Shown here in pieces: positions 53,123-64,000 of a stretch of DNA of 64,000 bases. The stretch comes from Isurus oxyrinchus (Eukaryota): NCBI GenBank assembly GCA_026770705.1, contig JANJGN010000005.1, positions 87,916,001 to 87,980,000 on the forward strand, given 5' to 3'. Numbering within the stretch: position 1 is the first letter of the stretch; the number at the start of each line of letters is the position of its first letter. Under the pieces are notes generated by a model that searched no databases, was not told where the DNA came from, and worked only from the letters and a program-made list of their open reading frames with translations. Position numbers and translations under genes: made by a program.

Positions 53123-54954
53123 CCTGTTCTGTTTTATTCTCTTTTTATGAATCCTAGTCTTAGAATCTCCTTCACAAGTAGAAACATCTTCTAGATCTAT
53201 CTGGTCTACCCCTTCAAAATTTTAAACATAACATAAGAAATCAGAAGACCTCAATTAGCACGCCCCTTGATTTTTTTGCTGGAGAAATGAGCAACAGCCT
53301 GTTCAGTCATTCCTGATAGGTACAACCTCTCAGTTCTGGTATCATCCTTGTAAATATTTGTTGGACCTTTTCCACTGTCACTATATTCTTTTTGGCTGAA
53401 GACAGCAAAATTAGTGGATCTCTGATATCTTGAACTTCAAACATAAATGGAGAGCAACAGAACACAGTTCACTTAGACTCTCTTTCCCCTTCAAATAAGC
53501 TTTTTAAGTATACAACATTACTTCCATCACATTAATTGCACTAAATTAATGCCGCATGCTTGTTATCTGAACATTCTTGGTTACTGGATCAAAATCCATA
53601 AGTTTTTAAGCTTCCAGCAAAGCTATTATTTTGATCTGTAAAAATTAACCTTTTCACAAGATAAATCTTGTAGCTTGGAGTCTATTTAAAATTGTTTTGG
53701 TGAATTTCTATAAACAAAACAAATGTATTGGTTGAAGAATCAATTTCATCGGACTCCCCAGTGGCCCTGCTGGTTAAGGTATGTTACAAAGCTATAACAA
53801 AAAGTCTCCAGGTTTGATCTCTGCTGAGTTCGCTGACATCAGCTCTAACAGTGGTGTGGAAGCAGCAATTAGTTTTAGCCCCTCAGCTGTGGGGAGGGAG
53901 AAATTGCAGAGGCTTCGGATTACTTTCCGTCATGTCTGCTGTCAATGCACATGCATGACCATTGGGTGATGACAGGGATCGGTTTGCTCTTGATACCCTC
54001 CCAGATGGAATATTCATTCTTGAAGCTCACTCTGGGTTCCCACTTGGGTGAGGTGTGGGAGCCACTTGGCACCTGCAGAACTGTACCTTAGTGAAGAGTC
54101 AACATGTTCAGTAAAGGGGAAGAAAGTTGAAGGAAAAAAACAATTTAACCCAATGAACTGAGCAATAAAAAATAATTTCAGCCTTGAATCAGCGATTTAA
54201 AGTATTGTTCCAATGAAACAAATATTTTGAAGGCAGTTAATTCGAATAAAATATAATTGCAGACATGCTGCCTTGATTATGAATGATCATGCTGTTGAAC
54301 CCTGCCTGATAATAGGCTGGGATGCTTTGACTGAAGAGTACAAGTGCTGTAGGCTGGAATTTCCAGACAGCAGTGACTGCCAATTTTGGAATGTGCTGCT
54401 GACGTCAGTACTCACTCCAGGGAATGTTTTGCATTCCAGTTCCTGGCAATGGTCAGGTGGCTTACAGCAAACAGGGAAAAAAAAATCCCATTTCCAGTTT
54501 TTTTTAAAAAACAGCAGCCAAATGGAAACAGCTGTATTGTCATTATTTGTTAACAGTAAACATATGTTGTTAATGTGGATGATTATTTTTATGGCTGTTG
54601 TCACATTTTTTGAACTACATTCATAGACCTCATGTTCATTTGTTGTTGTGAATATGGGTTAAAAGTTAATATAGCTCACTATTTGTTCCTTAGAGCCTGC
54701 TTTATTGTACCAAAGCCAAGAGAATTCATCAACTCGTCAATGAAACTGCTTTGTGGAGCTTGAACTTCCAGTAAAGGAAGGTTGAATGGGTTGAATCCCA
54801 TTTCAAAAAAAATCCCATACAACATTTTTCTTTTCTTATATTGAACGCAAGCTTTAGTTTAGAATGTTTTTAACCTTTTCATGTCAGAGTTAAGTACATT
54901 TTGATAATTTAACAACCAACAAATGCAACTATTAATATTCTAAATTTAAATATA

Positions 54955-55511
54955 GTTGGGTGGGCCCAACACAGCGACGCGTAAAATGACGCGTGATGAT
55001 GTCGGGCGTGCGTCCCGATGTCGTCCCACGATATTTCATTCACCGGGCGCACACTGGAATCAGCTGCACGCCCGCCAATATGTAAATGGCCTATTAAGGC
55101 CATTAAGAAAGTAATTAATGTCATTAGTAACGTTGGCGGGCAGGGGAAAAGGCCAAGCGGCCTTTGCATGTTTTAGAAAACCTCATCCACGAGCGGGCTT
55201 CCTAAAGTTTTTATTAAATAAATAATAAAATTTCCCGAAATATAAAACATTTTAATTATTTTAATATTGATCCAATCTCCCTGAGGCAGCTCAGTGCCTC
55301 AGGGAGATTGAAGCGCTCTTTAACGCACATGCCGCGACTCTCCCTCCTCCCCCCGCCTGCACAGGTAGCGCTGAGCGCTACCAGTTGAGTCGTATGCTGG
55401 GCGGGCCTTACTTGGCCCGCCTGTGTAAAATGGTGACGTGGAGCCGATTGCTGGCGGCAAATGGCTCCCTGCCTGCCCCCACCCTCACCCGCCATATGTA
55501 AAATTCTGCCT
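54955..55511. mobile_element. GC-rich MITE-like (Harbinger-related) fragment
   Basis: CpG-rich island ending gtaaaattctgcc, similar to the Harbinger TIR; similar ends at 32858-32870 and 50442-50454. Confidence 0.5.
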
Positions 55512-55850
55512 ATAGTCTTTTCAGCCCAACCATGGTTTAATCAGTCATTAATTCTCCAAGAACCTGCAAATTAAGATCATTAGAAATGGGAGAAGGAACA
55601 ACAGCAGGCTATTCAGCCCCTTGAGCCGGCTCTGTCATTCAACACGATTATCACTGATTTTCTACCTCAACTCCACTTTCCTGCCTGCTCCATGGGACCC
55701 TTGATTCCCTGGGACATCAAAAATTCACTTGATCTCAGACTTGAATACATTCAATGATGAAGCATCCTTGACCCTCTGGGTAGACAATTCCAAAGCTCAC
55801 ATCATTCTGAGTGAAGAAATTTCTCTTTTTCTCAATCCTATTTGATCAAT

Positions 55851-57000
55851 TCCTCAGGGAAGTTTGCTTGCACCGCTGCTGTACAACATCTCTGCAAATG
55901 ACCAACCTGTAGACGGTGCCACATGCCGTTTTATATATTCTGATGACTTATGTGTCACTGCCCAAAGCACTGATTTTAATACCGTGGAGAAAATGCATTC
56001 TGAGGCCTTGGAGGGACTGACATCCTACTATGAAGAAAACCACCTTCGCGCAAACCCATCAAAGACACAAGTTTGTGCATTCCACCTCAGAAACCATGAA
56101 GCTAAACGTCAGCTTAAAGTAACCTGGTGTGGAGCAACACTGATGCTTTGCGAGCGCCCTATCCACTTAGGAGTCACCCTTGACAGATGCCTCACCTTCA
56201 AGAACCACGTTGAAAAGACAAAGGCAAAAGTGAACGCACGAAACAACAACCTGAATAAGCTCACTAACACAAAATGGGGAGCAAGCTCGAAAACATTGCG
56301 AACCAGTGCACTTGCTCTTTGCTATTCCACTGCCGAATATTCCTGCCCTGCATGGGAACGATCTACTCATGCTAAGAAGATGGATGCCATTTTGAATGCA
56401 AGCTGCCGACTTATCACAGTTTGTTTAAAACCAACAAACTCCCAACAGCCGAGATATCCTGGCGGGTATCGCTCCCCCGATATAAGAAGAACGGTAGCCA
56501 GCAACAAGGAGCGACTCCGCTAAACATCAGATGAGAGGACACTCTACATATTCGTACACCTACACCCAGCTGCCTAAAGTCAAGAAAGAGCTTCATGAAC
56601 AGTGTTGTTCCATTACAATCAACCCCATCTGAAGCCCGCATCACCTTGTGGAAAGACTGGCTCACCAGTCTCGAACAACCCCCAGCGATGGAAATTCTAC
56701 CGGATGAAAGCCTTCCCCCAGGAGCTAATTGCAACTGGGCAACCTGGAAGTGCCTTAACAGACTTAGGACTGGTGTAGGTCATTTAAAGGTGTCACTACG
56801 CAAATGAGGATATACAACCAGCCTGACAACTTGTGAATGTGGAACTGAGCCACAGACTATGCAACATCTCCTGCAATGCCTATCACTAGAGGAACCCTGC
56901 ACTGTTGCAGATCTTACTGAATTCAACAATAAGGCGCAAAAATGTGTTCAGTTCTGGCTGGGCCAAGTATAGACTGTCCGTGGACACGATAGGAAAGAAA
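55851..57000 (+). mobile_element. 5'-truncated Vingi-like LINE with 7-bp TSD, inserted in a minus-strand CR1 3' end
   Basis: PQGSLLAPLLYNI, FIYSDDL, HLGVTLDR, WGASSKTLRTSALALCYSTAEY, WKCLNRLRTGVG, CECG...QTMQHLLQC; tail ggacacgataggaaagaaa; GATCAAT at 55844-55850 and 57001-57007. Confidence 0.85.
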
Positions 57001-57294
57001 GATCAATCCCTTATTCTGAGATTGTGTGCCTCCCCTGTCCTATTTTTCCCCTTTCTGGGGAGATAACCTTCTCAGTCAGGGAGCAAAGTAATTTTTTTTT
57101 GAGGGGTCTTGAGATTTTCTGAAGCGCTACTTTTTGATTTTTAGTGGCTCCTTTTTTTAACTCTCAAAAACTCCATTATTATATGATGCAGTTACATAGT
57201 AATATTACTTTCTGTATTTGTGTTGAATTTTCTTCAAGGCTTCTTTCTTTCGATAGATAAGCTAACACAAATACCAAAATGGAAAGACTATATT

Positions 57295-57321
57295 TTATAT
57301 ATATATATATATATATACATA
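57295..57321. repeat. (TA)n microsatellite
   Basis: Direct reading. Confidence 0.9.
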
Positions 57322-57454
57322 TCCAGCCTCAAACCAAGGATTAATCAGATCAAAGTAGTATGCTAACCATGTGTCAATGCTATAATGTCATGTCCTATTG
57401 CCCATCCCAATTACCCTTGAGAAGCTGGTGGTGAGCCATCATCATGATTTTTAA

Positions 57455-57840
57455 AAATTCTTTCGTGGGGTGTGGGCATTGCTGGCAAGGCCAACATTAG
57501 TTGCCCAATCCTAATTGCCCTTGAACTAAGTGGCTTGCTAGGCACTTCAGAGTCAACCACATTGCTGTGGTTCTGGAGTCATATGTAGGCCAGATCAGGA
57601 AAGGACGGTAGCTTTCCTTCCCTAACTTTCCTTCCACTCACATTAGTAAACCAGATGGATTTTTACAACAATAAGTGATAGTTGTCATGGTCACCATGAC
57701 TGAGACTAGCTTTATATTCCAGATTTATTAATTGAATTTAAATTCCACCAACTGCCATGGTGAGATTTGTACCCGTGTCCCCAGGGTATTAGGTTAGGCC
57801 GCTAGATTACTAGTCCAGTGATATTACCACTATGCCACCA
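57455..57840 (-). mobile_element. tRNA-derived SINE sharing its 3' tail with the LINE family at 3585/26925/60385
   Basis: Minus head GGTGGCATAGTGGTAA...GGGTACAAATCTC (A/B-box-like); tail gggcaattaggattgggcaactaatgttggccttgccagc matches the LINE 3' end. Confidence 0.7.
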
Positions 57841-58169
57841 TACAACTGAGTGTCTTGCTAAGCCATTTCAGATGGCAGTTAAGAATCAACCACATTATGG
57901 GTTTGGAATCACACATAGGCCAGACCAGGTGAGGATAATTTCTTTGACTAAAGAAGGAGGCTCTCCTTCTTCCCAGCTTGGGCTCGGGGTGGCTGCTAGC
58001 ACTGTGATATCGCTGTGTGCGCCAAGAGCTGGGCCTCACACACGTGCCATCCTTGTCCTGTCATTTCCACGTTTGGGGGTGACTTTTCTCTTATATGTCG
58101 CCATCGTCATTGAGTTTTCATGGGCTTCTTGGGAAATTCACCCGCCACCTCCGTGTATTCTGAACCCTG

Positions 58170-58940
58170 CTCTGCGTATTTACTCTGTCAAGCCCCTTCA
58201 GAATCTTTTATGTTTCAGTGAAATCACTTCTTAGTCTCCTAAACTCTAGAGAGCATAGGTCCAATTTACTCAGCCTCTCATCCCTAGAACAACTCTCGTG
58301 AACCTTCACTGTCTGCGTCTTCCAAGGCAAGTATATCTTCCTTAGACATAGAGATCAAAACTGCTCACTATACTCCGGGATGGCCTCACTAATGTCCTAT
58401 ATAATGGTAGCAAGACTTACTTATTCTTGTACTCCAATCCCCTTGCAATAAATAGCAACATACCATTTGTCTTCCTAATTGCTTGCAGCACTTGCAGGCT
58501 AACTTTTTGTTCCTTGCACAAGTACACCCAAGTCTCTCTGAACACCAACATTTAGAAGTTTCACACATTTAAGAAAATATTCTGCTTTTCTGTCCTTACT
58601 ACCAAAGTCAATAACCTCACCTCAACAAAAGACCATAAGACATAGAAGCAGGAGTAGGCCATTTGACCCCTCGAGTCTGCTCCGCCATTCAAAAGATCTT
58701 GGCTGATCCAATTGTGGCCTTAACTCCACTTTCCTGCCTGCCCCCCTGTAACCTTTCACTCCCTTGTAGATCAAAAATCTGTCTAACTCAACTTTGAATA
58801 TATTCAATCACCCAGCCTCCACTGCTCTCTGGGGTAGTAAATTCCAAAGGTTAACAACCCTTTGAGAGAAGAAATTGATCATCACCTCTGTCTTAAATAG
58901 GAGACCCTTATTTTTAAACAGTGCCCCCCTAGTTCTAGAG
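58170..58940 (-). mobile_element. two adjacent CR1 fragments (RT part and a 3' end)
   Basis: MNIFKVELDRFLIYKGVKGY and 3' UTR at 58625-58940; RT C-terminal fragment at 58170-58620. Confidence 0.8.
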
Positions 58941-59519
58941 GGATGAGGCAAGAGAGTGTTTTGAAAACAAGAATGAGGATTTGAAAATTGAGGTGTTGGC
59001 AGATGGGAAGCCAGTGAAGAATAGCAACAAATGATAAGTGAATGAGATTAAAGTTTTCAACTTGCGACACTAATTTCAGCAACCTATTTTTGAAAAATGT
59101 GGTTGAATGTGGAACCTAATTAAGCTCAGTTCTTTCTTAATCTTATGCTGAACATATGGTACTTTAACACTATAAATTAGCTTAAAAAATGACTTCATTC
59201 AGTTGGCTATGCTGCAGCCTGCATTCTGATTTTCCTGCCTTTTATCAGTGTTTTCCAAAATACCTATATAATTAGAATAATATTTTTGAAATTATTCCTA
59301 TTTTTTTTGCCTTGAGTTCTGCACTTGTTGTTAGGCAGACAGCTTTCTCTAAGATATTCATTAATGCTTCCTTTGGTCAACCACAGATCCAAGTAACTGT
59401 TCAGCCAGAATATTTCTGTCCATGTTTCTTTTTCTCTTGCAGAGAGGCATTGCAGCCTCTACCCAATAACTCCCTGGCTAACATGGCTCAGGATAAGAAC
59501 TGAGGAGGGTGGAAATTAA

Positions 59520-60670
59520 ACCTGCAAACTTCCCATCAGCGCTCAGGATGACATGGCCTAGTTAAAGACAGCCATCACAAATTTGTAAGCAGGAAGTCAT
59601 GCTTATCATATTTGTAGAGTGCAGTAATGTGGCATATTGAGCAAGAAAATGCAATTGATGTAATTATGGATTTTCAAAGGAGATTATATAACAGACTTAT
59701 TGATCAAATTAAAGTGCACATTATTTGAGGAATGTGCAGCATGCATAGGTGTGACATTAAGTGACAGAAGACAAAGTCATTATGAATGATTTTTAAACTG
59801 GGCATCAGTCTTAGGATCATTATTCTTAGTGTATATGTATGATCTGGAATTAGGTATGGTCACATATCACAATTTGCTAATAAATGGGAAATTTGGTTGG
59901 CATTCAGGAGGACTGCAAGCAACTAATGGAGGATGTAGAAAGGATAATAGATTGACAGGTGGAATTTAATGCTGAGAGATGTAAGGTTAACAATTTGGCA
60001 GGACGAATAGCAAGAAGAAATAAACACTAAAGCTAACTGAATTGCATGGAGAAAATATTGACAAGCAGGAGGACAAATTGATACATTTGTAAAGCAAAAG
60101 CAGACAAGTTCTAGAAATTATAAATAGAGTAAACAGTACAAAAGCAAAGTGGTAAAATTAACCCGTACAAATTGTTGGCTAGACTATAGTTACGCATTTT
60201 GAGTTTAGTTTTGGATGACCTACTTTAGAAAAGATACATTCGGTGTGGAGAGGATATAGAAGAAGTTCGCCAACATAATTCAAGAGATATCAGGCTTTAG
60301 TTACAAGGTGCGACTAAAGAAATGGGGTATCTTTTCACTAGAACAGAATATTAAGAGGACATTTGATTGAGGTGTTTATTTTTTTATTTGCTTATGGGGT
60401 GTGGGCATCGTTGGCTAGGCCAGCATTTATTATCCACCCCTAATTGCCCTTGAAAAGGTAGTGGTGAGCTGCCTTCTTGAACCACTGTAGTCTGTGTGGT
60501 GTAGGTACACCCACAGTGCTGTTAGGGAGGGAATTCCAGGATTTTGACCCAGCGGCAGTGAAGGAACGGCAATATATTTCCAAGTCAGGATGGTGAGCGG
60601 CTTGGAGGGCGGCTTCAGCTTAACCGAGGGTTTTGCTAAAGTAACCAGAGAAAAAGTATTTCCATTGGTC
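59520..60670 (+). mobile_element. old CR1 fragment interrupted at ~60385-60615 by a minus-strand LINE 3' end
   Basis: MDFQ, GYLFTR/DLIEVF-like motifs resume as REKVFPLV after the insertion; the insert reads PSKPLTILTWKYIAVPS. Confidence 0.65.
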
Positions 60671-61004
60671 AATTGCAACAACAAATTGCACATTTTCCCT
60701 GCCACCATCCAATTGCTGAAAGCTTATACAGAAATGAACCACATGACTCTGATCAAACTACATAAATTTGAAGCAACAAGGTGCACCAGGAAATGCCAAC
60801 TAAGTATACCCTTCCTTCCTACAACTACTTCTTAAACCAGTGGCTACGCTTTGTAACAACTAGCAAACTTGCTTGAATTTCAGATCTCCTACAACATGTG
60901 TCTGAGTGGCATGTGGTGGAAGGGTGGGTGGTTGGAATGGTTCCCTTGTAGTCTTAGATACCTGAGGCGAGTCTGGTCTCGGGTAGCCCCAGGCTACCGT
61001 CGGT

Positions 61005-61143
61005 GTTCTGATGAAGGACCATCATAACCTGAAATGTTACCTCTGTTTATTTTCACAGATGCTATTTGACTTGCTGAGTATTTCTACCATTTTTCAGGTT
61101 TGATTTCAGATTTCCGGCGTCTACAGAATTTTGCTTTTGTATT
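61005..61143 (+). mobile_element. Penelope-terminal-repeat mini-element with hammerhead core
   Basis: GTT-CTGATGA-AGG-accatcataa-CCT-GAAA-TGTT-ACC followed by the family body. Confidence 0.78.
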
Positions 61144-61256
61144 AGAGTTCCATTGAAGTCTTGGGTCCTGTGAAATAGGTTCCCTTCAAAGCATTTCTTC
61201 CACCCCATTACTTCCTCCTTACTAGTGCTAAGTCAGTAACCCCTCCAAAAGTCTAA

Positions 61257-61378
61257 AGTAAAAGCAGATGCTGGAAATCTGAAACAAAAACAAAATGCTG
61301 GAAAAACTCAGCAGGTCTGGCAGCATCTGTGGAGAGAGAAATAGAGTTAATGTTTTGAATCCATATGACTCTTCAGAG
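61257..61378 (-). mobile_element. Penelope-terminal-repeat mini-element with 15-bp TSD
   Basis: CCTCCAAAAGTCTAA at 61242-61256 and 61379-61393; minus strand begins gctCTGAAGAGTCatatggATTCaaaacattaac. Confidence 0.85.
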
Positions 61379-62019
61379 CCTCCAAAAGTCTAATTCCTTA
61401 AGAGTGGATGTTTCTGTGATGGTGTTTGCTCAGAAAAGGTGCCAGACAGAGTTGGCGAGAACATGGCGAGCAGTTGTAGATCTGGAAGTGTTTGGGAAGC
61501 TGTCATAGTGGCTGCTGTCTTCCTCCAAGACTGAACAGATTGATTAACTGTAAAAGAGTGACATTGGTGACTGTGAGGGCATTTTGATATGTTAACAATG
61601 CACAAGAAGCTGAAGCTATTCTAAGCCTTGGAAATCTTAGCCAAGGTTCTCTCACTAGATTGTCTCCAATCTTACCCTCTCCTAAGACTCTTGTATCAAT
61701 CTGCCTATCATCTAGATGATCCAGTACATCCTAATGAAAGGGAAAGGGGCTAGCACAAGCGAGAAGACTGATAATTTCCAGCAGAAAGTGAAGGAAGAAG
61801 TTAGAAGTAATCCATTTTTCTTACAGGTTATTAGGATATTCTATCAGAAGTTCCTATTCAGGCTGAGATTATAACATTAGTTAAAAGGGAATTGGCTTAG
61901 GTATTTTTAAGAATAATAATATAGAAAGCTAAAGGACAGGAAGTGGGAGTAGACAGCTGTACTTGAAATGTTAATGCTGGAACGGATGCATGTACTGACA
62001 GGTCTCTTATGAACACACA

Positions 62020-62403
62020 AACATAGGAAATAGGAGCAGAAGTAGGCCATTCGGCCCCTTGAGCCTGCTCCGTCGTTCAATAAGATCATGGCTAATCTGT
62101 TTGTGTTTCGAATTCCACATCCCCATCTACCCTTGGTAACCTTTGGTTCCCTTGCCTAACAAGAATCTATCTACCTCTGCCTTAAAAATAGTCAGTGACC
62201 CCACCTCCACTGCCTTCTGAGGCAGAGAGTTCCAAAGTCATACGACCCTCTGAGAGAAAAAAATCTCCTCATCTCTGTCCTATAAGGGCGACCCCTAATT
62301 TTAAAACAGTGCCCCCTAGTTCTAGACTCACCCACAAGAGGAAACACCCTTTCCATGTCAACTTCGTCAAGACCATTCAGGATCTTATATACTTCAATCA
62401 AGT
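62020..62403 (-). mobile_element. CR1 3' end, same subfamily as 16860-17235
   Basis: Near-identical translation VYKILNGLDEVDMERVFPLVGESRTRGHCFKIRGRP and 3' UTR. Confidence 0.9.
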
Positions 62404-62998
62404 TAATTAACAATGTTAACAAATTAACGATATCCAAGAGACACTGCTTTCCCTCAATGCTGCACGTGTGCTCCTCTTTTCCCTACAAACATCTTTCTGT
62501 GTATTTTTTTTGTCTTTGATAGTTTTTCTCTTTCCCCTTGTTTTCTTTGATAGTCCACCTATGAAGCACGTTATATGAAGGAAAAGCTTCTTTGCACTCT
62601 GTGGCTTGCCTTCCTCTGAGTGAATTTTGAAGCTTTGATTTTGTTTTTCAATTTCTGGTTTATCAGTTGTGAGTGATGGGTGCATCACTGTCTAATTTTT
62701 CAATACAAGTGATGCACTGTGCTTAAAAAAAAGATTGAAGAATAAATATAACGTGTTAGATATTGGTTGGGAATTTCTGTTTCTGTACTTCCTAGCTTAT
62801 GGTTTTCTGCCTGTCAGTTTTATTGGGAAGAAAATCACAAGTTGACAAATGCAGAAATGGTGAAGCCTGGCTATTGTGTTGCAACTTTCTTTTTGAGCAT
62901 TAGAGTTCCAGATAGCTTTCATGTTGATTTTGTTTTCACTTCATACTGACAAGCTAAATTTATCTTTGTATTTTAGAGCACTGCTAAGCTCTGAGTCC

Positions 62999-63103
62999 CA
63001 GTTCTGATATAAGGCCATCTTGACCTGAAAGGTCAGCTGTTTCTCTCCGCAGATGCTGCCTGACCTGTTAAACATTTCCAGCATTTTTTGCTTTTATTTT
63101 AGA
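62999..63103 (+). mobile_element. Penelope-terminal-repeat mini-element with degenerate hammerhead
   Basis: CAGTT-CTGATATA-AGG-ccatcttga-CCT-GAAA-GGTC-AGCTG followed by the family body. Confidence 0.7.
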
Positions 63104-64000
63104 ACACTGCCTTGCTATCGACAACAATGTTAACACAAATAGAGAAATTAAAATTATCTTTGTTGCTCCTAATTTTGGTGCTGTAGCCTCTTGCTGCATT
63201 AAATGATAAACTTGTTTTAAGTTTGAGTTAATTACCCTGCATAGTGATTGCAGTTGTAAGCTCTCTGTGTTTGCTGTCTTTACAACTGGAAAACTGACAG
63301 CAACTTATGGCTTCTGCACATCTGCAGTTAAACATGGAAACCCAGAGTTGCTATCACTAATTCCTTGCCCCTCCACTGCAAGCTGTGCTGAACTCCACAA
63401 AAATGGAAATCTTTAGAAATCTCTTGATTAATGTGAACTTTCACTTTGTGCTCCAATCTCATTGCAAAACCCCATGAGAAAATTATGCCATGTTGAATAA
63501 GCTGTAACTGGATTTTAACAGTGTATTAAATCATTATTTCTGCTTAACAGCCTATTTGGCCCTGTAAAACTAATTTTATGTTTACATTATGACAAGAATT
63601 TCACATATTTAGTTTACTAATTTTTTTGGTAGTTTATTACAGTTTAGATTCTACTTTAATTCCATATGTATGTCTCAATCTTTACTTTGTTCTCAGTAAC
63701 ATTGTTGAATAGTGAAGATGACTAGTACATTTTACTTACTGGCTTGCTGTCTGTGAGAATTTTTTAGTGTAATTGGCTGCTTAACCTGTTGATAAAATCA
63801 CCATCGCTGTACGCCGAGAATGCCTATGGTTGGCACCAGAATCAAATTTACATCAGGAGTGGTGAAATCCATGTCACAAAGATGATTGGATCCTTGTGTG
63901 TGGTTTTCTTTGAGGTCAGCAGTCCACTGTCTCCCAAATGTGGGCCTATAATGTGATTTCTTGCTGTATTGAGCACAAATTGATTATTTGCAGATTTACT

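Noticed and set aside
54273-54626. Overlapping 117-aa and 105-aa ORFs
   Set aside because: No recognisable domain or splice context; the region is better treated as a candidate regulatory element.
59420-59510. Strong acceptor tttctttttctcttgcAG as the next SPIDR exon
   Set aside because: Splicing from 44023 (TG|A) would create a stop, the peptide does not resemble SPIDR, and no good donor follows.

Overview
This is eukaryotic, vertebrate intronic DNA. The repeat families (abundant CR1/L2 LINEs, Deu-domain tRNA-derived SINEs, Neptune-type Penelope elements) point to a cartilaginous fish; that is an inference. The only host coding sequence I can support is two consecutive + strand exons of SPIDR (KIAA0146): 3356-3456 and 43804-44023. 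A ~40.3-kb intron separates them and a second intron runs past the window end. Much of the remaining sequence is decayed mobile DNA: CR1 (one near full-length), L2, RTE, two Vingi-like LINEs, a Gypsy remnant, two solo-LTR-like elements with 4-bp TSDs, a two-gene Harbinger transposon with MITE-like relatives, SINEs and two Penelope fragments. The most interesting signal is a dispersed ~100-150-bp family derived from the Penelope terminal repeat. Several copies carry a degenerate minimal hammerhead ribozyme, and some occur as stand-alone or fold-back (hairpin) insertions with 11-15-bp target-site duplications. Most entries in the ORF track are antisense or off-frame readings of TE relics. All family assignments come from motif recognition, not database searches, and TE boundaries are approximate unless a TSD or TIR is cited.
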